A stretch of 60,676 nucleotides of DNA from Octopus sinensis (GCF_006345805.1 NW_021833591.1:1-60676); one strand, 5' to 3'. Counted from the stretch's first letter, positions 40,023 through 51,858 are shown. Notes: a model not told the origin generated them from the sequence alone. Program-made: numbers and translations.

Positions 40023-43000
40023 TAGTTTTATTTTTATAGCGTGCTTTCACTTCACTACCGAGCACAGCTCTGTGTGCCTTGGGTATGTGCTGTGATTTGT
40101 TGTGATGCTCTGATGGTTATTGTATGGAAAGTGTTCTGCGTAGGATGTGTGCAGTGCCTAGTAGTGCAATTTTCTGTATGTTATATGTGTTTGTAAGTCC
40201 TGGTGTTTTTGTTATGTATTTGTCTGAATATTTTTTTATCATGCCTAATGCACCTACTATGATAGGAATTGTTTCTGTTTTCAGATTCCACATTCTGGTT
40301 ACCTCTATTTCCAGGTCTTTGTATTTTGAGAGTTTCTCCATTTCTTTTAGAGACACGTTGTCATCAGCCGGTATTGATACATCAATTAGAAAGCATTTTT
40401 TTTCTTCATGATCTCTGACAACTATATCTGGTCTGTTGGCCTTAATTTCTCTATCTGTGTGTATCGGCATATCCCAGAGTATGGTTGCTTTCTCGTTTTC
40501 TGTGACCTTTTCTGGTGTGTGCCTATACCATCTTTTTTCTGTTGTTATTCCATAATGTTGGCATAGCTTCCAATGTATGTAGGTTCCAACTGTCATGTCT
40601 GTGAATATATTCCTTCTTAGCCAGGACTGGGCAGCTAGAGATAATATGATTTATTGTTTCTTGTCCATCTCCACATATTCTGCAGTTACTTGTAATATTT
40701 CTTTTCATTACATGCTTTTGGTAATTTCTGGTGGGGAGGCTTTGGTCTTGTGCTGCAATTAAAAATCCCTCTGTTTCTGCTTTGAGTCCTGAGCTTCTCA
40801 ACCATTGCTGGGATTTGTCTTTGTCTATTTCTTTTGCGTTTAGTTTAGTGCAGTATTTACCATGAAGGGGCTTTTCTTGCCATCGTTTTATCATGGTTCG
40901 TTGCTGTTCTATTTTTAGTTTGGATTTCATTTGTTTTATAGCTTTTGTTGTTTCTTCATCTTCTTCTTCTTCTCCATGTTTATTAGGTGGTATGATTTCT
41001 TGTTTGTATTTGTCAGCTTCCTTAAATACTGAGAACTGTTTTTTGTTTTGCTCGTGTTTTGCCGCTATCTGGATCAGTTTTCCTTCCTTCTGAAGTAGAT
41101 ATTTTTGCAGTCCTATGGTGGTTATTTTATAGTAGTTTTCCAGCTGTATAAGGCCTCTACCACCTTCTATACGTTGTATATATAGTCTTTCTATGTCAGA
41201 TTTTGGGTGATGCATCCTAGATCCTGTCATTATTTTTCTTGTTTTCCTATCTATTTTGGTCAGTTCATTTCGTGTCCAGTTAAGGATGTTGTAGCTGTAA
41301 CTTATAACTGGGACAGCTAAAGTGTTGATACCTATTATCTTGTTTTTAGCATTGAGCTCTGTGTTTAGTATTGATCTAACTCGTCTATAATATTCTTTTT
41401 TTATTTTCTCTTTCATTTGTGTGTGTTGTGTCTTATCTAGTTCATGGATTCCTAAGTATTTGTAAGTTTGGCTTTGGTCTAATTCTTTTATTTCATTGGT
41501 TTTATCTAGTGTGATGTTGTTACTCTTAACTAGTTTTCCTCTTTTCAGGGTTACTTTGGCGCATTTTTCTAATCCAAATTTCATATCTATTTCTTTGGTA
41601 AATCCATGAACTGTCTTTAATAGTGTTTCCAGCTGTTTGTCATTTGCAGCGTATAGTTTTAGGTCATCCATATATAAAAGGTGGCTGATCGTTTTGCCGT
41701 AACATTTATATCCGCATCCAGTTCTATTTAGGTGACAGTGCCAAGCAGAAAAGGAGTGGAGAGAGCGTGTCTCCCTGGAATATTCCTCTTCTAATGGGGA
41801 TGTCTTTGGTTTTTATGAGTCCCTCTTTTCTTTGGAGGTGTAGGACTGTTTGCCATTTATTCATAGAGTGCTCTATGAATTTTATGATTGTTGGTGCTAC
41901 TTTGTTAATGGCTAGTGTTTCGAGGATCCATGTGTGGGGGATGCTATCAAACGCCTTTTTGTAGTCAATCCAGGCCATACTGAGGCCTTTCTTCTTTCTG
42001 TGGCTGTCTTCAGTTATGGCTTTATTAATCATTAGTTGATCTTTACAGCCATACGAGCCTTTGCGGCATCCTTTCTATTCTTCTGGGAACAGTTTGTTTT
42101 CGTCCAGGTGCTTGTTCAGCCTTTGTGATATCACTGCAGTAAATGCCTTGAACATAGTAGGGAGGCAGGTTATTGGTCTGTAGTTTTCTGGTTTTTCTGT
42201 TTCATTTGATTTGGGAATTAAGATGGTTTTCCCCTTCGTGAGCCATTCAGGCATTGTCTCTGGCTCTGCTAGTACTTTGTTAAAGTTTTCAGCCAGCTTT
42301 TTGTGCATTCCTGTTAGATATTTCAACCAGAAGTTGGGGATCTTGTCATGCCCAGGTACCTTCCAGTTGCTTAGTCTTTGCAGTGCCTGGGTGACCTCTT
42401 CAGTTGTTATGTGGGTCCAAAGTTGTTCAGATACCGAGTTTGTTATTTTGATACTCCTTTTTTTTGGTGGTTCGTTCGCCGACCATATTTCTCCCCAGAA
42501 TTCTTCCAATTCTTCTGCCGTTGGTGCTGCAGTGACTTCTATTTTATTTTTTCCCAGTTCTTGGTAGTACTTTTTGGGGTTAGAGTTGAACTTTTTGTTT
42601 TCTTCAAAGAAGCGTTGGCGTTTCTTGTACCGGCGGATCCTTTGTGCTTTGGCAAGGATATCTTGCTTCAGCTTTTCTTTTATTTCAGGCAAATCTTTTT
42701 CTGTGATGTTATATTTGCGGAGTATTTTTGTTCTCTTTTTGTTGCTCAGTAGCGTTGATTGTTTGCTGATTTCATTAAGAATCGACAGGTCTCTTCTAAT
42801 TTTTTTTATTTTGCTTTGGATGTTATTTATCCACAGGGTTTGTTTGGGTGGTGGTACTCCTGTTTGGTCGGGTCTGGGTGAGTATCCAGCTTCTTTTGTG
42901 GCTGCAGTGGCTGCTGCGTATATTAGGTTATTTAGCTCAGTGATATCAATTTTTTTTGATTCAGTGGCTATCAGTTCAGTGACGGCTAGGTTTATGTTGT

Positions 43001-44093
43001 TTATAATAGGTGTTGTTATTTTGTTTATTTTGATTCTTGGGAGGTATGGTCGGTGGTCCATTTTGAGCTCTGTGGTTTTCAGTTCTTTGATTATTTTATT
43101 TTTTATATTATCATAATCATTAGGCTCCCCTTCGTTGTTTACATCGTGTTTGTTGGGAATGTTGCGTTTGTCTTCGTGTTTTACAGTTTCAGTGTTTATA
43201 TTATTGGGCATTGTTGTGTGGCTTCTATCTACATTTTCCTGGTGTATGTTTTCTTTTAGGTGTTCTATTTCTATTTCTGATTTTTTTTTGTGTTGCGAAT
43301 GTATCTTCGTACGTTAGCTAATTTATTAGGGTTCATTGCTGTATCCAAGTCTGTATCTCTATTATTTTCCTTCCATATTTTATATGTATGTGTTGTTGTA
43401 TTTTCATTTTTTGGGTAGAGTACTGCTGTGAAGTATGCGTGTAAGATAGAAATGTATTCCTCACGTGTCCATTTACGTCTTTTGGGTTTTATTTGCGGGA
43501 CATGAGGTACAACGTCCGGCCCATTATTTTGACGGTCGTCATTTTCGTAGGGTACCGGTCCGTTTATTTCTGTTGTCACATTATTTCGCACGTGTAGTTT
43601 TTCGTACATTTTTTGTTGTAAGTTTAATGTACGTACCGCTCGATTGTTATTCTTGGGTTGAATAGTATCGGTGGCATTTAATTTCTTCGTAGTTCCTTTG
43701 TACATGGTGTTTGGGGTCGGAGATGATCGTGATGTTCCACGCATGTTTACATGTGTTGCGTTAGAGGCGGAGATGATATCGAGTCAAAATACATCATTTC
43801 GTTTCGAAAATAGTAATAAATTTCAATTAGTATTACTTACTCGGATACAGTCCAATTCTTTGTTAGTAAAACTTTGGCTCCATAGGATGTCTTTGATTTC
43901 GATGTTTGTGGATAGATTTCGGAGCTCTGAATTTTCCTTCTTACATCTTAAACGTCCCCGGTGTTCTCCTCCTTAAACGTCCCTGGTGTTCTCCTCTTAA
44001 ACGTCCCCGGTGTTCTCCTCTTAAACGTCCCCGGTGTTCTCCTCTTAAACGTCCCCGGTGTTCTCCTCTTAAACGTCCCCGGTGTTCTCCTCC
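40019..44093 (-). mobile_element. R4/Dong family A, full-length copy (about 4.07 kb), ORF split by frameshifts
   Basis: ORFs 43271..43744 (N-terminal), 42075..43211, 41724..42032 (RT: WIDYKKAFDSIPH, GIFQGDTLSP), 40523..41671 (MDD, thumb, CCHC), 40117..40596 (RLE). Pure (TAT)n on both flanks. Confidence 0.95.
43947..44091 (-). repeat. Six tandem 24-bp units at the 5' terminus of Dong family A
   Basis: Plus-strand unit CTTAAACGTCCCCGGTGTTCTCCT x6, with one substitution and one inserted C. Confidence 0.95.
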
Positions 44094-44158
<65 letters not shown>

Positions 44159-44252
44159 ATATTATAATAATAATAATGTAATTTATTATTATTATTTTTA
44201 TTATTATTATTATTATTATTTTTATTATTTTATTATTATATAATAATATAAT

Positions 44253-44285
<33 letters not shown>

Positions 44286-44321
44286 TATAATAATAATAAT
44301 AATAATAATAAATAATAGTAA

Positions 44322-45586
44322 TGAGGGAGGCCGTGGTCTTTTGCAACTGGCAATTACAATGAAGATTGCTACAATTGGCCTAGACGCCTACCTGAAAAAC
44401 TCTGAGGCCTGGATGTTAAAACTTGTCTCAAAACATGAAAACAAGAAAGCATCATACTCAGTCACAAAACAAGCAAGGAATATCTAAGTGAATTCCGAAT
44501 ACACCAATTTCGGAATTAGAGATAATATACAAACACAAGCACAGAAAAAGCTAGGCGCATGAAAACCCGTGCCAAAACTGCGGCCTTAGATATTCTGAAT
44601 AATAAATGGCAAGAAAAACCTCTCTATGGCAAATACCCAAAGAGAGCGAATAATGCAGATATCGACAAAGCCCTGACCCATCAATGGCTAATGGCCTCTG
44701 GCTTAAAATCTGAAACAGAGGGGTTTATCATAGCAGCTCAAGATCAATGCCTACCAACAAGAAACTACCAGGCTAACATATTAAAGATCAGAAGCAGTCC
44801 AACGTGTCGTGTATGCAAGCAACAAAATGAAACCATTGACCATGTGGTCTCCAAGTGCAGTCTTCTAGCGCCTACAGAGATCTCAACAGGCACGATAGAG
44901 CTGCACAATATATTCACTGGGTAATCTGTAAAAACCTGGATTTGCCCCATGAAAAAAACTGGTGGGACACAAACCACCCCCAGTGCTTGAAAATGACCAC
45001 ATCTCACTCTCTGGAACTTCACCATTCAAACTGACAGGAAGATAGATGCAAATAGGCCAGACATCATATTGAAAGACTTCAAACAAAGAACATGCCTCCT
45101 CATTGATATGACTGTCCCAATCGATATAAACGTATCTGTCAGACCTACCAAAAACTGAGCAAATATAAAGATCTTGAAATAGAAATCAGCAAAATGTGGA
45201 AGCTGAAGACTAAAAACAATACCTGTTGTCATAGGTGCCCTGGGAATGATAGCAAAAGGGGCTGATAGCTACCTAACTCAGATACCAGCAAACCCCAAAA
45301 TGGCAGAAGTTCAAAAGATAGTGCTCATGGGAACTGCTCATATCCTACGCAAAATACTCTCTATGTAATCTCAAGGTTTAAAACAAACATAATTTTCGGT
45401 TTAAAAAAAAAAAAAAAAAAAAACCTTTTTTTTTTTAGACATTCATTAGTACAACATCCCCACCCCCCAAATATATGGCACACTAGGCATAACAACAACA
45501 TGAACGTCCAACCCTGTTGTCTCTTGAGGTCTCTGGGTGAGACTTGGAGCCAACTTGTACAAATATAAAGCAAAAGTCAAACATAG
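44322..45586 (+). mobile_element. R4/Dong family C, 5'-truncated, frameshifted
   Basis: EGGRGLLQL; ORF 44559..44924 with CRVCKQQNETIDHVVSKC; RPDIILKD...LIDM; 3' UTR followed by (TAA)n; preceded by (AAT)n. Confidence 0.9.
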
Positions 45587-45837
45587 AATAATAATAATAA
45601 TAGTAGTAGCAATAGTGGCAATGGTAATAGTAATGATAGTAATATTAATGGCATTTTGTAACTTAACATAATGAATTATTGACTTTCTATATCTGCATTT
45701 GAATATAGATATGAATATGTTTCTATATCGTAATATTCTAATATATTGTTGTGACTAACTGTAACCTTGAATATAGAACATATGTATGTGTATTGTTGTA
45801 TATTATTATTATTATTATTATTATTATCATCATCATT

Positions 45838-45909
<72 letters not shown>

Positions 45910-46581
45910 ATATTGTATATATGTCTATATATTGTATATATATATAGGAGTATGGATATATGCACTCATATGTATGTGTATATTATATTATATATTATGG
46001 GTATGTACCCACTATTGTATGGGTGTACCTCCTCTGATTTTCATATTTAATTTAGTTTGTTCTTCATAATCTCTGAAGAGGCCTTGGGATATTTTTGTAA
46101 GTGTCTCATTTATAACTACATATTAACCTATCGCACATGGCTAATATGAGCATAATAAGGCACCCATATCTGCATGGCTTAAACAGCTGTAAGATGTTTA
46201 TATTTATACTTATATTTGTATTTATTTATATTCACTTATACATACTGTACTTATCGTATCATATTACTCTTTCATGTACATTGTTTTGTTCTATATTATT
46301 ATGTTTGACCTTAATGTTCATATGTAGTGGTTTAATAAATTATGTGATTGGGTATTATCTGGTAGTTGATCACTGATTAAGATGTATTTCTCCATTTTCT
46401 TATTTTGTATTATTAATTTGTGGTAAAACATTTTACCTTCCCATATAATACAGTAAATGAATTAACTGCATCGCAGTTCTTAACATTTATGTATTAACTT
46501 TGTTGGGTGCTTCACTAGCAGTATATTGGATATATGTTATCTCATGGAGGGTTGCACTTACAACCCCTATCTCAATTTGAA

Positions 46582-46613
<32 letters not shown>

Positions 46614-46635
46614 CATATATATACACATATATATA

Positions 46636-46682
<47 letters not shown>

Positions 46683-46920
46683 TTATATATAATATATATA
46701 TATATATATATAATGTGAAATAGAAAGATGAATAATCTTGTTGCAGATTAATCAAAAGTTTAATCGATACCTTGGTAGCAAAAATCACAGCAGAAGACAG
46801 CACGGTTGGAGGTACAACCATATGGTGTTGCAACCGTGCGTTGGTGCGGATAATTGAATTTTAATATTATTAGTGAATTTAAGAAATGGAGTTGAACGAA
46901 GATTGAACAGAAATCGTTTT

Positions 46921-47011
46921 ATTTCATTCTACACGTGTTTCGAAAGGCACAATTTACCAAATTCCGATTGAATAATGAGACCATATTGTGCCTTTCTCTT
47001 CAGGAAGAAAT
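46921..47011 (-). ncRNA. Type I hammerhead ribozyme motif (HHR-2)
   Basis: Minus strand: ATTTCTTC CTGAAGA GAAAGGCACAAT...ATTGTGCCTTTC GAAAC-ACGT-GTA GAATGAAAT, with a perfect 12-bp stem II base. Confidence 0.88.
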
Positions 47012-47661
47012 AGGAAATCCGTTGGAAAAAACAAAAACAGAACAGAGGCGGAGCAAAACAAATCGAACTAGGCTCCTAAGAGCCCATGGCCAAACTGTTT
47101 ATCAGTGTATGTTGAAAACTGGTGGTGTGTGCGTTGAAGATTTTAACGGGTCAGGCAGGTGGGTGAGGGTACGGGGTGTGTAGATGTTCTTTGTGACCGA
47201 GAGTAAAGTTCTGACTATTTAAAGAATATTAGATGTATTATATGGGGGGAGAAAAATCTACTTAGAGACATGTGTGTGTTTACTGTTCTATATATGTGTG
47301 CGGGCGCGAGTTGATAAGAAGCGCTACATTCTGGTCAGTGCTGAGAAATCCGTCAAGGGGTAGAAAACATTTTATGTGTACGTGTGTGCGTTTGATCGCG
47401 CGGCTGTCAGTTGGTAAACAGCTCTACCCAATGGTCACTGCTGTAGAATCCGTCGGACGGCAGAAAAAAATATTTTATGTGTGCGTGTGTTCGTCTAATC
47501 ATGCCTTGTCAAAGAAACCCCCCGTCGTCAAAAACAAAGCCCCATTCATCTCACAGGAGTAATTCCCCTTGCAATGGTTAATCATATTTCTCTTGAAGGC
47601 TTTTTCAGAATTTATTACCAAGGGACTATTTTCATATAAGTAGTGTAACCGGGTGCAGGTA

Positions 47662-48411
47662 TTATTTATAGGCAAGATAAGTATAACGCCGCCAATGGGG
47701 GCATCGAAAAGCCGACTGTAAAAGTCCGTTTACCATCCGGTCTCTGGCGAACAATATATGGAAGAGTTCGGAGACACAAAGGTTGCACTTCCTTCTGCCC
47801 CTATCAAATGGGAGGGCCACCGACAAAATTGACCATTCCAGCCTGTAGCTTGAGTTCGTATTCTCCAATCGCCATATTAGCTTGCTAAGTCCCGTGGTCT
47901 GGCGTTTATTCCAGTCTCGAAAAGTTGCGTAATGGTTGGAGATTCGTAAAGCCAATCTTGACGATGAGGCCCCGACATAGGCGTAGACATCTGAGTCCGT
48001 GTAAACCTTGCATTGGTAGACGGCGTTTCTGATCTTGGAGTTCGCCGACGTGAATCTTATTCTGCTAGGATTAGTTTCTGAAATTAGAACTGCTTTACTG
48101 TCACTATATTTGTTGCGAGAACTGCAGCCGCTTACTACTTTATTTTCCACTACGTCACTATTAACTAACGGAATAACCCCTGATTCTCCACTATCTATCA
48201 GAGTGCTGTCATTGCTAGTGCCCGTGGTGCTGCTATTGCCGGAAACGATGCTGGGGTTGCTATTGGGACTCTCTACCCTAATGAGCCGAGCTGCGCTCAC
48301 CTCACTACTGCCATTGTTACCGTCAGTTACAACACCCCTATTTATAACTATACCCCTAGTATATAATCCCTGGTTGGAGCTGAGATTATGAGTCACTGTA
48401 CTGGCTCTCAT
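47662..48411 (-). CDS. PLE GIY-YIG endonuclease domain preceded by an S/N/T-rich linker (fragment of a broken ORF)
   Basis: AVYQCKV...YVGAS...RISNH...LSKLIWRL...CNLCVSEL...MVN...CPH. Confidence 0.8.
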   Translation of the reverse strand: MRASTVTHNLSSNQGLYTRGIVINRGVVTDGNNGSSEVSAARLIRVESPNSNPSIVSGNSSTTGTSNDSTLIDSGESGVIPLVNSDVVENKVVSGCSSRNKYSDSKAVLISETNPSRIRFTSANSKIRNAVYQCKVYTDSDVYAYVGASSSRLALRISNHYATFRDWNKRQTTGLSKLIWRLENTNSSYRLEWSILSVALPFDRGRRKCNLCVSELFHILFARDRMVNGLLQSAFRCPHWRRYTYLAYK

Positions 48412-48880
48412 ATCATTATTACTACTATTATTATTCTACTGAGCATTAAACCGGGAGCGGAAGAAGCGTGCCTCCGGAAAAAGGTGATAGGGTCTTAGTA
48501 AGCCTATTATTATGGGAGGCGATTATCTTGGCGAGGTTTTTAGTGTTGGAGAAAGCTATCCTAACTTTATGCGAGTTAACAGTGGAGTAATATTTGGAAT
48601 TTCTGGGGAAGTTATTGGCGATGGCTTGTCGAAACATTAGGGGGAGGTTAGTTCTAATCTGCTTACCAAAGGGAATTACAAACCATATATGCTTATTCCT
48701 ATCTATGTGATGGATCGGGACGCCAGCTCTCGCATTCGGGTGGGTGATTCTCGGATGAATAACGGTTTTGGGTTAGTGTGAGATCCCCCGGACCGATAAT
48801 TATCCTTGTTCGCTAAATTAAATGCGGGAGCGACTGCCCCAGCACCCGCCGCGCTCCCGTCACTACTTAAATTGTTTATT

Positions 48881-48931
<51 letters not shown>

Positions 48932-48961
48932 CATATATATATATATATATAAATATATCTC

Positions 48962-49096
48962 TACAATAATATGTTACATTACTCAATAGTCAAGATAAAA
49001 CTCTGAGTTTCAGATGCCGAAGTGGGAATCCACGACATCTCTTCGGTTATCTGGCTATTTTATCTTGACTATTGAGTAAAGTAACATATTATTGTA
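48962..49096. repeat. 39-bp inverted repeat (1 mismatch) with a 57-bp spacer holding a degenerate hammerhead; probable PLE terminal-repeat remnant
   Basis: Arms 48962..49000 and 49058..49096. Confidence 0.8.
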
Positions 49097-49329
49097 TAGA
49101 TAAATTTCCTCTATTTACATAATATTGAGGTCTCTTTCTTTCTTTTGTTATCTTACCGTTTTACCAATATATATAAATATATATATAAAGTACGGGGGTT
49201 TAGTTCACAAATCCCCAAAATGCTTTTGTATTTGTCGCACCTAAGCCTTTCTTTTCGGACAGTTTTGTTTGTAAACCCTCAGATTCCATAGTTCGGAATG
49301 AGTTTTTGCCCTTTGTTTCAACATGTTCT

Positions 49330-50030
49330 GTGTCACGTATGAGAAATACGTCTCTGCCACGTCCCGTAACTATTTTGAGGGATACTGGAGGTCTCCAGTT
49401 TATGATTTCGAAGGATATTTTGTCTTTTTTTGATGAGTCGTCAGGGAACTCAGATGTTTTGTTTCAGGGTATAATGCGGCAATTCTTCTGCTACTCTCCA
49501 TTTTCTGAATTTAACTTCGGATATGATTTCTGGTGAGCTGAGAGTAGGTGTTCTTGACTCTCTCCCATTTCTGGGTGTTTATTTGTTGATCGGAATTGAT
49601 GTTATGGGGTCCAATTTGGTGTTGATCCTATTGTCACTATTTCTCCAGGGAGTTCAGGTAATATAGAACAGCTGGAGGATGATTTTCCTGGTATTTTTGC
49701 TCCATGTGCAGCGACTTGTTCGATGTCGAAAGACATTTCTTCCAAGTCTTCTTCGCCGAATAATTCCATTCGTGATTTGACAGGTACTTACTTGGATCAT
49801 TTTTTAAAAATAAATTAGAGGTGGATGATGTCTCTTCGATGGGTAGTGACTCTTCAGGTCTTCTTTCTAGAGAGCAGTATATTAGAGCGCAGGATGAGGA
49901 TGCTGAGTTGCGGGTGTTAGCCAATATATCTGTCTCTTTCGTGTAGGTTAGCAAGGTACCAGTTCTCTACTACTTTAGGGATCGTGTTAGGATAAGGAAA
50001 TATAGGCTGATTCCTATAGGTGTTGTTTGG
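49330..50030 (+). mobile_element. Degenerate Gypsy LTR-retrotransposon pol fragment (protease and following region)
   Basis: PVTILRDTGG (aspartic protease DTG), VLFQGI, VGVLDSLPFLGVYLLIG, PGIFAPCAATCSM, LSREQYIRAQDEDAEL, KVPVLYYFRD; stops and frameshifts present. Confidence 0.65.
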
Positions 50031-50548
50031 CTTATTTAATCGAGTGTGTTGTACAGGATTGGAACAGTTTGCAATGATATGAGCAGTTGAATTATTTTGT
50101 CTCGTGTGTCTATTAGTTTTCGTTGGTAGTTAATTCTTTTGACCAATTCTTCCTGCTCTGTATTCTTTATCTGAATGAGTTCCTGTACCCTGACGTTGTG
50201 ATACTGTACAATGTGTATTACTATTGGAGGAATTACCAGTGTTGTGTATGCCTTCTTCTAGCATTATGATAAGTCAGATTGTCAGTCATGCAAGAGGCTG
50301 TAAGGCCACAAACACGTGGATAGATTTGCGACCTTAACACAATATTTCATTATAAGTGTTTCATAGTATTTCTCTTCACTTTTTCTTTATTCTTTTTAAA
50401 TTTTAGAGTCTCTCATTTTCCATTTCCTTTTTCTTTGTCTGGATTATTAAGGTCAGTGATACGTACAATAAATATTAACATATATACTTTTTGTATTTTG
50501 TATAAATATGTATGAACACTCATTAATAGGTGGCTTCATTATGCACTT

Positions 50549-50581
<33 letters not shown>

Positions 50582-51521
50582 CTCACACAGACACTCACTC
50601 CCTCCCTCCTTCACACACTCACTTACTCACACACTGACTCACTCACACACACACACCCCACACACTCACACTCTCTCTGTCTCTAAATCTGATTATTTCT
50701 GATTGTCGTTTCTATTCTTCAAATTCTACAGCATTTCTTATGCATTTTTATGCTTTCCATGCTAATCTTTTCCACGTACATAAATGCTTTCCAAAACAAA
50801 CAAGCACTTCGTTTTAGAAGCTTCGAAGAAGCTATAAGCTTATTCCCAAGCACCCATCTCTGCATGCACTGTAACTACTAGAAACTGCAGTGAGCTTATT
50901 AAAATGAAATACGTAATTCATGTCCTCTAAAAACACACACATACACCCAAACAGAAAGGCATACAATGACACATAAACAAACACACACATGTGATGGTTG
51001 CAACTTCATTCCGAAATATGCCACATTTGTTTACTCAACGAAGCAGGGACGTGTATCTTTTAGTCCTGTTAGGGATCTAACACTTTTGCGCAATCAAAGA
51101 CATACTAACGAAGGAGACTTCCTGCTGCAGTTTTTGAGAGACTTACCATCTTCCCTGACTCATACCTTTGTTCTCTCATGAAATTTTCAACTTTGTGTTT
51201 TGCCGATCGCAGGCTATGTGCCTTGTCGTTCGAAGGCTGTGCGTTTTGGCTGCGTCTGAGGAAAAATAGAAGGAGAGAACCTTTGCACATGGCAATTCCG
51301 ACTCCCTCCCCAAACAGCCAATACATTCCTGCCAAACAAACAACTATTCTACATCATAAGTATTACATAAGAGAGATGTCACAACAAAAGCAGTTATATC
51401 GCACTCCCAGCCATTGGAGGGCTGTTGATTCTCCTGTGATCACCCGGCCTTTGAAATAGTTTGCTTTTCGACCTGCAGGGAGTTAAACGAGGGGTGACCA
51501 CCTTACCAAGTACATACATAA

Positions 51522-51558
<37 letters not shown>

Positions 51559-51570
51559 TATACATATATA

Positions 51571-51619
<49 letters not shown>

Positions 51620-51770
51620 ATACAGTTAAGTAATTGAGATTCTAGTGAATTCTAAAGAATTCACATGAATATGGTCCTTAACTAGGATGCACCGGATATC
51701 TATATGGTGTTAGCCATACGACAAGTGGGGTGATTATAAATAGGAAAAAAGCAACAAGAATGGATTAAAA

Positions 51771-51858
51771 TCTCGGTACGATCGTTTCGTAAGAGGACAT
51801 CTTTAATAAGCTACAAAAAATGCAGTGAATACAGATGGCTCGTACTCGTCAGCCGAAA
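51771..51858 (-). ncRNA. Type I hammerhead ribozyme motif (HHR-3, left palindrome arm)
   Basis: Reverse complement of HHR-4. Confidence 0.82.

Larger units (their letters stand above)
46716..48880 (-). mobile_element. Penelope-like element, 3' part (second, diverged family), flanked by (TA)n on both sides
   Basis: Manual translation KHIWFVIPFGKQIRTNLPLMFRQAIANNFP...KVRIAFSNTKNLAKIIASHN (PLE post-RT region) and the GIY-YIG ORF 47662..48411. Boundaries are approximate. Confidence 0.87.

Noticed and set aside
43947-44091. CRISPR-like direct repeats
   Set aside because: Units are head-to-tail without spacers, there are no cas genes, and the context is eukaryotic.
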